Shown piece by piece: positions 28,006 through 36,657 of a DNA stretch of 64,000 nt (positions are counted from its first letter, which is position 1; the number at the start of each line of letters is the position of its first letter). The notes below the pieces were generated by a model. That model saw only the letters and a program-made list of their open reading frames with translations, ran no database searches and was not told the origin of the DNA. The DNA comes from Dehalococcoidales bacterium (GTDB taxonomy: Bacteria > Chloroflexota > Dehalococcoidia > Dehalococcoidales > Fen-1064): the NCBI GenBank assembly GCA_035529395.1, contig DATKWT010000122.1, positions 1,496-65,495 on the forward strand, read 5' to 3'. Made by a program: the position numbers and the translations under genes.

Positions 28006-29436
28006 ATGGATGGAAATGTTGGCCACCTGGTGGATAGCGTGAAGTCCGTTATCAGGCATGGTATGACGTCGGTCTTTAAGCATAGAGGACTGACTGCAAA
28101 CTGGCGCCTGTGGCTGCTGGCGTGCGTGATGATAGCCTTTATCGTTGTCATGACAATCGACCTCGCCAATGCTGAAGTCAACTCTGCTCGCACCTTCGCC
28201 CAGATACTCCTGTTCTTCGTTACTGCCCTGCTCGTCACGGCGCAATACGGCTTCTGGTGGGGCCTGTTCACTTCATCCGTGCTCGGAATCTTCATCGTTT
28301 GGCGCATACTTGGCAGTGATAATCCGGGTGACTACCTGCCCCTTTTCGCCGGGCTGATGGTAATACTTTTTACCATTTGCTGGTTGCTTGACCAAACGGA
28401 CAGGGCGCGGAAGCAAATGGGGGATAGCACTGATATCCTCAAACAGCAGGCAGACAGGCTTGTCGAACTGCTAGATGGCCGCTCGCAGGTAGAAACAGCC
28501 ATGATGTTCTCGGAAGGCAGGTTACGGGTGATACTGAAAGCGCTTGAGGGTTGGCAGCAACAGTGGGCACAGGTAAAAGATACTGAGGCCCTGAGCTCTA
28601 TCCTGACACAGTCCATGGTCATGCTGCGGAAGGTGGTTACCGATATCGATGAGCAGGGCAAAGCAGGCCCAGTGGCAGTAGAGCCGATGCCTGATGAATC
28701 TACCAGCACACTGGTCGTATCGCCGTTTCACAGCCTGGCGCTTGTGGAGCTATATAGCCGGCTACTTGAAGAACTGCCGAATATCAGGCACTGCGTTCTG
28801 GACACCTTTGCAGAGGTCACAGCAACCTTTCGAATTTACGGCCCGGATGCCGCTCAGTTGTCCAAAGCACTGTTGATAATGAGATACCCCCAGGCGGACA
28901 GCATCAGCATGCGTGACGACCAGGTGCAGGTGGTGCTCAAAGAGGGTCTGGTGCCATCGGCGGTCACTACCGGTGACAGGGGAACCGGTGCTGTACCGGG
29001 TGTACGGGCACCTTCGGAGGAGCTTCCGTACGAACTCGGTGTAGACGTGTTTTTCAACGCACGGCACTACGTGATGACGAGTGGGAATCGTGGTCCGGTG
29101 CATTCTCATAGCTGGCGGGTACAGGCGAGACTGGTCAGTCGTGATGTTACCAGTGAGGGTATCACGATTGGTTTCGCCGAAGCCAAGGAAGTGGTCCAGC
29201 AGCAGGTCAGCCGGTTCGATGGGGATATCCTGAATGAAATGGAACAGTTTCGAGAGATACAGCCCACTACGGAGAATGTCGCCATGGTCCTGTATGACGG
29301 CATCAAAGAAGCAGTCAGGCCGCTCACGGTCAGGCTGACCTCGGTGTGTGTATGGGAGAGCCCTACTAATTATGTGGTGTATTCGGGGAGCAGGGATGTC
29401 ACGCCTGTGGAATCGGCTGCAAGCCATACTGAATAG
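28006..29436 (+). CDS. membrane / coiled-coil / C-terminal PTPS(QueD)-like domain fusion protein
   Basis: About 4 N-terminal TM helices. The last ~125 aa align by eye to E. coli QueD: ARH...HSHSW vs AAH...HGHSF; GITIGFAEAK vs GWIIDFAELK; PTTENVA vs PTSEVLA; VWESPTNYVVY vs VKETCTAGCIY. Confidence 0.7.
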   Translation: MDGNVGHLVDSVKSVIRHGMTSVFKHRGLTANWRLWLLACVMIAFIVVMTIDLANAEVNSARTFAQILLFFVTALLVTAQYGFWWGLFTSSVLGIFIVWRILGSDNPGDYLPLFAGLMVILFTICWLLDQTDRARKQMGDSTDILKQQADRLVELLDGRSQVETAMMFSEGRLRVILKALEGWQQQWAQVKDTEALSSILTQSMVMLRKVVTDIDEQGKAGPVAVEPMPDESTSTLVVSPFHSLALVELYSRLLEELPNIRHCVLDTFAEVTATFRIYGPDAAQLSKALLIMRYPQADSISMRDDQVQVVLKEGLVPSAVTTGDRGTGAVPGVRAPSEELPYELGVDVFFNARHYVMTSGNRGPVHSHSWRVQARLVSRDVTSEGITIGFAEAKEVVQQQVSRFDGDILNEMEQFREIQPTTENVAMVLYDGIKEAVRPLTVRLTSVCVWESPTNYVVYSGSRDVTPVESAASHTE

Positions 29437-31927
29437 GCCAGGCGTTCGCTTTTTTCTTGCTCTTCTGTTAATGGTGGGGGTGGCGTTAAGTGTCTACCAT
29501 AACCTGCTTTTCCCTGCCGATGCTTTAGAGAAATATCCCTGGTCTTCAGACGGGTGGGGTCACCTGATGAAGGCCGACTTCCTCAGCCAGCAAATTGAAA
29601 TGGGAAACGCTTATCCTGAACTTTTCCCTGGCTGGTATAACGGTGTTCAGCTATTAAGATACTATGCCCCGCTGCCATATTATGCACTCGTCGGTGTCTT
29701 CAGGATTACGGGGGACATCTTTATTGCCGGGAACTGGTTTCTTTTTCTCTGCGGTCTTTTCGGTGCTGCTTCCTTCCTGCTCTACCGTAAGTGGATGGGG
29801 TGGCTGCCTGCTTTCCTCGGTGGAGTACTGTTTCTGCTCCTGCCCGATAATCTGCGAGTCGCCTTTGCCGAGGGTAATATCCCCCGGGTAGTGGCCACGG
29901 CACTACTGCCGCTGACGGTCTATTTCCTGCTCAGCGTATTGCAGAACGAAAAACGTGTTTACCATTTGCTCTGTTTGACACTACTGGTAGCACTGATAAC
30001 GCTGTCCCACGCCATGATGGCGGCTATCTTCGCGGTCTGCATGGGTCTCTTCGTCATTATCTACTGGTTCATGGCGCGCACCACCCCGGCAGTAGCAGGT
30101 AAATCCCTGGGTGGCATAGCCTGCGGGGTGCTTCTGGCCAGCTGGTGGCTTATTCCCAGTCTGGTGGGCGGCATTGCCGAGATTGACCAGGCTGCCGCCA
30201 GTGAATCCGTGGCCCGGATTCCGCTTATCATGTCTCTCAATCCCCTGACCCGCCTTGCCAATAAGGAAGCCTTCTATCTTGGCGTGTCGCTTATTATCGG
30301 TATTGGCGTGTTTCTCTACTTCTGGCGCCGCATTACGCCGATGGTAAAAAGCTGGATGCTGGTTGGTATCTTTGCCACACTGCTGGGTTCCACACTGGTA
30401 TCCGGTATCTATCAATTCATGCCGATGTCACATCTCCTCTGGCCCATCCGCTTTATAAGTTTTGGTGGGTTCGCTCTGGTACTGGGGCTGGCATTCTTCG
30501 GTGCCTGGCTCCTGGAAACGATGCGGCCCCGGGTCTGGTACCTGCGGCATGTTGCCTTTGCCGCCCTGGCAGTGATACTGATTTTAGATTTTGCTCCTTC
30601 CACGATTCTGGCGGTGGGACGTACCGTTCCCGACGACCTGCTGGAGGTCTCCGGGCAACTCAGCGAACTGGAGGGGTGGCGCGAGGCTACCCTTGACCTG
30701 AGTCGGTTCGGTTCGGCCCCTTCCTACCTGGTGACGGCGGTCGGGGGCCGGGAGCAGGTATTCGGCTGGGCCTACCAGGGCTGTGCCACCGTGCCGATTA
30801 TCGCCAGCATTAATTCCGCCTTTGAGGAAGGCTATGACGCCTACGCAGTTGATCGTCTGGACCGTCTGGGTGTGGATGACGTCATTCTGCTGAAGGGAAT
30901 CAGCATATCGGAGACTGTCCAGACCAGCTTGCCCAACCATGGCTATCAGCTGGTGTATGATGGCTCCAGGGTGAGTCTATACCACAAGGATGGTGTGCCG
31001 CGGGCTTCCGAACTGGGACATGGTATTCTGGGGATTGGAGATGGGACTTACAACCTGGCACTACTATTCCCGCAGACGGAAGCGGGTAAATCGGCCTATG
31101 TAGATGATTACGAGCTTGATTTCCTGAAGCAATATGACTGCGTTGTCCTTTCTCGATTTAACTGGCACAATAAGTCCAGGGCAGAAGCATTAGTGACCGC
31201 CTATGCCGGGCAGGGTGGCAAGCTCGTAATTGACCTGACCGGTTCGCCTCTGGATATCCTGGCAAAGGAACCGCGTTTCCTCGGTGTCTACGGGGAGCCG
31301 GTTAGTATACTCTATCAGGCTATACTGCATACAGACGGCAGGGAAGAACCGCTGCTGCCTTTCCGCGCCGATTGTCTACCCTGGCACTCCTTCACGCCGC
31401 AGGGTCTTGATGAGGTGATGGTAACCTTCCCGTATGCCGGTGTCGATGGTATTGCCCTGGGTTACAAGACGATAAATGGTGGCCGCGTGACTTTTCTGGG
31501 GCTGAATCTTATCTATCATGCGATTCTAACGGACGACCCTGTGGCCATCCGCCTTTTGGAAGATGAGCTCGGTATGGCTACCGAATCCGTCGTGGAACGC
31601 CGGTCAATTATCCTGGAAGATTACCGTGCGGCTGAGGATGGCTACCGTTTCAGTATCGAGCTGGCGAAGGAGACCGATATTGTCGTCCCGGTAGCTCACC
31701 ATGACGGCACCGTAGTAGAGATAGACGGTGTGGCAGTGCCTACGGTATCTATTGACCACATGGTGTCTTTCACGGCGCCGGAAGGCCAGCACAGCATCTA
31801 TATCACCGTTATGGGCGTACCAGCGGAGACCATTGGTAAAGTAATCACCGGTGTGGGTATACTTGGTTTGGTACCCCTCCTGGCTGGTAGGAGACGCCTG
31901 CAGCGTTTCCTGGGGAGGCGAAGCTAA
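29396..31927 (+). CDS. large polytopic membrane protein, GT-C-like / 'PTPS-related membrane protein' family candidate
   Basis: About 13 TM helices in the first ~430 aa, followed by a ~400-aa soluble domain and a C-terminal TM. ATG 29396 overlaps the upstream gene by 41 nt. Confidence 0.6.
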   Translation: MSRLWNRLQAILNRPGVRFFLALLLMVGVALSVYHNLLFPADALEKYPWSSDGWGHLMKADFLSQQIEMGNAYPELFPGWYNGVQLLRYYAPLPYYALVGVFRITGDIFIAGNWFLFLCGLFGAASFLLYRKWMGWLPAFLGGVLFLLLPDNLRVAFAEGNIPRVVATALLPLTVYFLLSVLQNEKRVYHLLCLTLLVALITLSHAMMAAIFAVCMGLFVIIYWFMARTTPAVAGKSLGGIACGVLLASWWLIPSLVGGIAEIDQAAASESVARIPLIMSLNPLTRLANKEAFYLGVSLIIGIGVFLYFWRRITPMVKSWMLVGIFATLLGSTLVSGIYQFMPMSHLLWPIRFISFGGFALVLGLAFFGAWLLETMRPRVWYLRHVAFAALAVILILDFAPSTILAVGRTVPDDLLEVSGQLSELEGWREATLDLSRFGSAPSYLVTAVGGREQVFGWAYQGCATVPIIASINSAFEEGYDAYAVDRLDRLGVDDVILLKGISISETVQTSLPNHGYQLVYDGSRVSLYHKDGVPRASELGHGILGIGDGTYNLALLFPQTEAGKSAYVDDYELDFLKQYDCVVLSRFNWHNKSRAEALVTAYAGQGGKLVIDLTGSPLDILAKEPRFLGVYGEPVSILYQAILHTDGREEPLLPFRADCLPWHSFTPQGLDEVMVTFPYAGVDGIALGYKTINGGRVTFLGLNLIYHAILTDDPVAIRLLEDELGMATESVVERRSIILEDYRAAEDGYRFSIELAKETDIVVPVAHHDGTVVEIDGVAVPTVSIDHMVSFTAPEGQHSIYITVMGVPAETIGKVITGVGILGLVPLLAGRRRLQRFLGRRS

Positions 31928-32754
31928 TGAGAAAGGGAATACCGGGCGTTTGCCGGATACTACTGGCCACCATCCTTACCGTGGCTCTTATCACGACGAT
32001 GTTTGGCATCACCCCGGGTGCTGCCTATGCAGCTGCGCCGGTGATTACGCTTGATAGCGATTTCTCTGACTGGACCGGGCAGATGTACATCACCGACCCA
32101 ACAGGTGATGCCACTGATGGTGACAAGGATATCACCGCTTTCTACTGGGCGAACAACCCTGATGACGAGATGTGTTACTGGATGATAGCCCGGGTAAATT
32201 CAACAAAAAATGTGAACTATCAGGTGCAATTTGATGCCAACAACGATGGTGATTTTGCTGATCATGTTGACCGGTTGGTAGAAGTGGATTACAAACCGAT
32301 GAATGACGATAGCAAGGTGACCGTAACCGTGCTATATGCGGACAACGGTAGGAAGATAAGCGAGACCAATAACAATGACTGGGGTGAATCCAAGAATGAA
32401 GGTGCCAGCAAAGTGGAGTTTGGCGCAAGCTTTGAAGACCTCGGCATCAGCATCGGGCAGACGATAAGGATGTACGGTATCAGCTATATCGGCAAGTGCT
32501 ACGGCGGGGATGTATACAGGAATGACGGAGATGAGGGAGATGAGGGAGATGAGGATGATGAGGATGAGGACGACCCAGGTCTTCGGGGGGAGAGCAAGAA
32601 TAGCTGCCACATCAGTGACCGCGTACCGGATAGCGGAGATGTCCAGTGGGCACCTGTTCCCGTACTGGGATACCCGCTACTGGTGGCGGTGATGATGCTG
32701 GGAGGAACGGCTATCTGGTATTTCACCGGGAGGCGCAGGTGGAGCTCTCTGTAA
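31927..32754 (+). CDS. secreted protein with C-terminal exosortase-type sorting signal
   Basis: Signal peptide ...PGAAYA/AAP. Acidic run DGDEGDEGDEDDEDEDD. The C-terminus is PVPVLGYPLLVAVMMLGGTAIWYFTGRRRW (motif, then TM, then a basic cluster). Confidence 0.7.
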   Translation: MRKGIPGVCRILLATILTVALITTMFGITPGAAYAAAPVITLDSDFSDWTGQMYITDPTGDATDGDKDITAFYWANNPDDEMCYWMIARVNSTKNVNYQVQFDANNDGDFADHVDRLVEVDYKPMNDDSKVTVTVLYADNGRKISETNNNDWGESKNEGASKVEFGASFEDLGISIGQTIRMYGISYIGKCYGGDVYRNDGDEGDEGDEDDEDEDDPGLRGESKNSCHISDRVPDSGDVQWAPVPVLGYPLLVAVMMLGGTAIWYFTGRRRWSSL

Positions 32755-33350
32755 TAGTCTCTCTGGCGGCAGTCTGGTTGCTGGTAGTATACTTCTTCTA
32801 CCGGAACCGTATCTGGCTGCTATACTACCTCGTCGGGGCTATCGGCCTTGCTTTCATCATCATTTTCGTGGGCAGGGCTTTCTTCCTGGAAGCGGCCATG
32901 GAGCAGGTCGTGGCGCAGACAGTGCACCAGATATGCAAGCTGGCGGGCATCCCGACAAAGATATTCGAGTCGGCACCGGGGGCATTGCTGGTGATGGTTA
33001 TTGCGCAGGACATTGGCTGGACGGTAATACAGATAGGCATTGAGTGCTCCGGGTTGCTGGAGACCTCCGCCATGCTGGGTATGGTGCTCTTCTACCCCGG
33101 ATGGTCATGGGGTAAACGGTTAATCCTGACAGCTATCGGCGTTATTGCCATTTACTTCGCCAACATCATACGCCTTTTCTTCATCGTGGAAATACTCCAT
33201 CACGGCGGGAAGGATACCATTTTCATTTCCCATACCATTGCCGGAAGGGCAATATTCTTCATTATTGTGGTCGGTATTTACTGGTTTGTCATCACGCGTC
33301 CAACTCTGAGTACAATACGCAACAAACTCCGCAAGGAGATGGCAGTATGA
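32739..33350 (+). CDS. exosortase/archaeosortase-family transpeptidase (XrtG-like)
   Basis: GTG 32739 has a GGGAGG RBS. The protein is polytopic, with conserved Cys in IGIECSGL, Arg in FANIIRLF and His in ISHTIAGR. Confidence 0.75.
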   Translation: MELSVIVSLAAVWLLVVYFFYRNRIWLLYYLVGAIGLAFIIIFVGRAFFLEAAMEQVVAQTVHQICKLAGIPTKIFESAPGALLVMVIAQDIGWTVIQIGIECSGLLETSAMLGMVLFYPGWSWGKRLILTAIGVIAIYFANIIRLFFIVEILHHGGKDTIFISHTIAGRAIFFIIVVGIYWFVITRPTLSTIRNKLRKEMAV

Positions 33351-34681
33351 CCGATACCCTGCTTTCCTTTTTGCTGTTCTGGGCGATATGGTTACTTGTG
33401 CCGCTTGCGATTGACGGCACCACAGCGCTGGCCTATTTTATCAGCGTCTGGCGGTCAGAGCGTCACAAACTGCGGCAGCGCCTGGCTGTCGAGCAGACTT
33501 ACTTCCCGCTGGTGAGTATACTAATACCGGTACATAATGGCGCACCCTATCTGCAGAAGTGTATTGAATCAATCAGGCTGCAGTCCTATCCCCATGAAAA
33601 GCTGGAGATTTTCGTGGTGGATAATATGAGCGATGACGGCAGCTTCGATGTTTTTAAGGTGGAGCAAGACAAGCCTTTCAAAGGCAGCCTGCAGTGGGTC
33701 TCCATACCCAGGCGCGGTAAGGCATATGCACTAAATGCCGGCATACATATGACTCGCGGGGAGTATATCGCCAATATTGACTGCGATATCAGGATGCACA
33801 CGGACGCGGTGCTGAATATGGTAAAGGCTTTCACCGCCGACCCTGAGCTTGCTGCTGCTACCGGCAGCGTGGAAATACTACCACATAACGGTAATGGCTC
33901 TGACCCCTTCCGGCACCTGCTCGCCGAATGCGAATTCATGGAGTATTTCACCAGCTTTCACGTTGGGCGCCAATACCAGAGCAATGTGAACAGTCTGTTC
34001 ACGCTGGCGGGGGCGTATTCCATGTTTCGCCGCGATATATTGCTGCGAACATTCCTTTATGATAAACAGACGGTATCCGAGGATACCAAGATGACCTTTG
34101 ACCTGCATAAAATCTTCAGTAAAATGAAAAAGAAGTGTGTGGGAGAAGCAGTGGTCTATTCGGAACCTACACCCTCGCTATCCGCATTCTATTCGCAGAG
34201 AGTCCGCTGGCAGCGGGGGCAACTCGAAGTAGTCTCGCTTTTCCCTGAATTTGTGCACACTCCCTTTCATCTCCATGGGCTGGCGTCATCAAAATCGATG
34301 GTCGTAGACCATACGCTCGCTTTTGCCCGCGCGGTATGGACATTCCTCCTGCCTATGTTGTATTTCCTCGGGTACTCGATGGGCATGGTATTCACCGCCA
34401 ATGTAGTAATGTACGTCTGTTACATAGGTGTGGAGGTAGCTTACTACATTACTGCCCTTATGCTTGCCGATAATGTCGTCAGAAAGCGGTTGCGGCACAA
34501 CTGGTGGCTCTGCGCCGTGCTGCCCATGTACCGGTTTATCCTCTTCTGGTTCCGCTTCGGCGGTTTCCTTTCCGTCCTTACCGAGCCTGCGGAATGGAAA
34601 GTGAAAGACCCTGTCGCCCAGGTACGTGAGGGCTTACACCAGTTGCGTCAGGACCTGGGCCGATGGCGGTTTATACGGTAG
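33347..34681 (+). CDS. processive family-2 glycosyltransferase (PgaC/BcsA/NodC-like)
   Basis: NIDCD (DxD), SEDTK (ED) and QRVRWQRGQ (QxxRW), with N- and C-terminal TM helices. There is an ATGA overlap with the exosortase gene. Confidence 0.8.
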   Translation: MTDTLLSFLLFWAIWLLVPLAIDGTTALAYFISVWRSERHKLRQRLAVEQTYFPLVSILIPVHNGAPYLQKCIESIRLQSYPHEKLEIFVVDNMSDDGSFDVFKVEQDKPFKGSLQWVSIPRRGKAYALNAGIHMTRGEYIANIDCDIRMHTDAVLNMVKAFTADPELAAATGSVEILPHNGNGSDPFRHLLAECEFMEYFTSFHVGRQYQSNVNSLFTLAGAYSMFRRDILLRTFLYDKQTVSEDTKMTFDLHKIFSKMKKKCVGEAVVYSEPTPSLSAFYSQRVRWQRGQLEVVSLFPEFVHTPFHLHGLASSKSMVVDHTLAFARAVWTFLLPMLYFLGYSMGMVFTANVVMYVCYIGVEVAYYITALMLADNVVRKRLRHNWWLCAVLPMYRFILFWFRFGGFLSVLTEPAEWKVKDPVAQVREGLHQLRQDLGRWRFIR

Positions 34682-34788
34682 TGTGAGATAATCAACCGGC
34701 TTTTGCGATAAGGGGACTCTGCCTGGTACGCCCGTCACACAAGGCGAGAGGGGACAGAGCAGTGCTTGTTGCGACTGGGACGACGTCA

Positions 34789-36657
34789 CTATGAGGATTG
34801 GGGTGGCACTACGGTAGTTACCGGTGAGGTTGCCAGGCACACCCGATTCTTGCCGGCTCTCTTGGCTTCGTACATGGCTTCGTCTGCCTTCTTGAGCAGA
34901 CCTTCGGCACTGGCAGCATGGGACGGATATGAAGCTATCCCGATACAAACACTGAATCCCACCTCCCGGTCGTCCATCCGTATCCGGGAAAGGTGCGCTT
35001 CTGACCATAGCCTTTGCCCGACTTCGCTAGCGCCAACCAGGTCTGTGTCGGGCGTTAGCACCACAAACTCATCGCCCCCCAGGCGGGCGGCTACATCCGC
35101 AGCTCTGGCCCTGGTTTTGATAATCCTGGCCAGTTCCTTCAGCAGGACGTCACCCTGGTCATGGCCAAAACGGTCGTTGACAGTCTTCAGGTCATCCACG
35201 TCAATCATTATCAGCGATACAGCGGTCTTATTCCTCTTCGCACGGGCCAGTTCCCGCCGTATTTGCTCCATCAGGTACCTGCGGTTATAAAGACCGGTGA
35301 GACTGTCGGTGAAGGCAACTTCCACAGCCCTCTCATACATCTGTGCGTTCTCAATGGCGACGCCTATCTGACTGGCAATTGAACCAAGTAGCCGCAGGTC
35401 TCGCTCTACAAAGTCTCGTGAATCATGGCTGCCCATGCAGATTGTCCCCAGTATCTTCTCTCTCGCTATTATAGGTACAGAATAGAGTGAACGAAGCCCC
35501 ATACTCTGCAGCACTATCAGGTCAGACTTCATGCCGGCCGAGGTATCGCTCAATATGACCGCTTTCCCCGAAAGTGCCGCCCGACCTGCAAAGCCCTTGC
35601 CGAGTTTCATTCTCGCCATCTTGTACACAGAGTTGGCAGAGAACCCGTGGTGAGCTTCCAGCACCAGTTCATTGGTCTGTTCATCAAGCAGGTGTATCCC
35701 TGCCGCTCTTACCTGGATGGCTTCGGTTATACTCTCCAGCACACCCTGTAGCAGTTCGGCCAGATTGAGGCTCTGCCCCAGCTTGGTGCTAATCTCCAGC
35801 AGTGTCTCGATTTGGTCGGTGTATTCCCGGGACGTGGCCTCGGCAATCTTTCGTGTAGTGATGTCCATCAATGTGCCCAGCACTGCCCTATTCCCGCCGT
35901 ATTCGATTGATGTGACTCGTTCCGAGACCCAGAGAGTTTCCGTGTCCTTCTTAAGCACCCTGAACTCGTAGGGAAGATTGCTATGGCCCTTCAGGGACGC
36001 TATCGCCTTCGCTCTGGCCTCCTCTTTATCCTCGGGATGAATGAGGTCGGTAGAGCGCATCCCTAGCAACTCATCGTTCGTATAGCCCGATATCTCTACC
36101 ATGACACGATTGACGTATGTGAAACGTCCATCCTGCACAAGGTATATCACTGTGGCCGCCGACTCTGTCATCCCTCTTAATAATTCCTCGCCCTGCCGCA
36201 GTGCTTGTTCCGCTTTCTTTCTCTCTGTTACGTTGGCGATTACGCCTATCGAACCGGTCACCTCTCCATCCGGCCCCTTGAATACGCTCAGCGAGAGGTC
36301 AACATCGATGATTCCCCCGTCCTTCCTGATAACTCTGGTCTCCATGTGGTGCTGCATACCTTTTCGCCTGGCATTCTGCGACCCTATTCTCCGCCACTCT
36401 TTCTCCGGGTAAAGAGACCGGACAGGCCGCATGTGCAGGTCAGCGGCATCCATCACCAGCAGGGACTCGGCAAATTTGTTCCAGAAGACTATGTTCTCAT
36501 TCTCATCAGTTACTATTATGGCCACCGTCGAGTTCTCAAAGATAGTCCGGTAGTTTTCCTCGGTTAGCAGCGGGTGTCCACTCGGTCTCTTGCTGCCGGT
36601 GGATTCACCGGCCGCTGCCTGCGTCTTGCCTCGCACTAACCTGGATTTATTTGCCAT
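34789..36657 (-). CDS. PAS-PAS-GAF-GGDEF diguanylate cyclase
   Basis: C-terminal RLGGDEFVVL active site with an upstream RxxD-type region. Two PAS-like segments and a GAF segment lie N-terminal to it. Confidence 0.85.
   Translation of the reverse strand: MANKSRLVRGKTQAAAGESTGSKRPSGHPLLTEENYRTIFENSTVAIIVTDENENIVFWNKFAESLLVMDAADLHMRPVRSLYPEKEWRRIGSQNARRKGMQHHMETRVIRKDGGIIDVDLSLSVFKGPDGEVTGSIGVIANVTERKKAEQALRQGEELLRGMTESAATVIYLVQDGRFTYVNRVMVEISGYTNDELLGMRSTDLIHPEDKEEARAKAIASLKGHSNLPYEFRVLKKDTETLWVSERVTSIEYGGNRAVLGTLMDITTRKIAEATSREYTDQIETLLEISTKLGQSLNLAELLQGVLESITEAIQVRAAGIHLLDEQTNELVLEAHHGFSANSVYKMARMKLGKGFAGRAALSGKAVILSDTSAGMKSDLIVLQSMGLRSLYSVPIIAREKILGTICMGSHDSRDFVERDLRLLGSIASQIGVAIENAQMYERAVEVAFTDSLTGLYNRRYLMEQIRRELARAKRNKTAVSLIMIDVDDLKTVNDRFGHDQGDVLLKELARIIKTRARAADVAARLGGDEFVVLTPDTDLVGASEVGQRLWSEAHLSRIRMDDREVGFSVCIGIASYPSHAASAEGLLKKADEAMYEAKRAGKNRVCLATSPVTTVVPPQSS

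Noticed and set aside
32524-32570. Repetitive gat/gag codon tract, considered as a phase-variation or DNA-level repeat
   Set aside because: It is in frame, imperfect, and simply encodes an acidic Asp/Glu/Gly linker. There is no homopolymer or exact short tandem repeat likely to slip.
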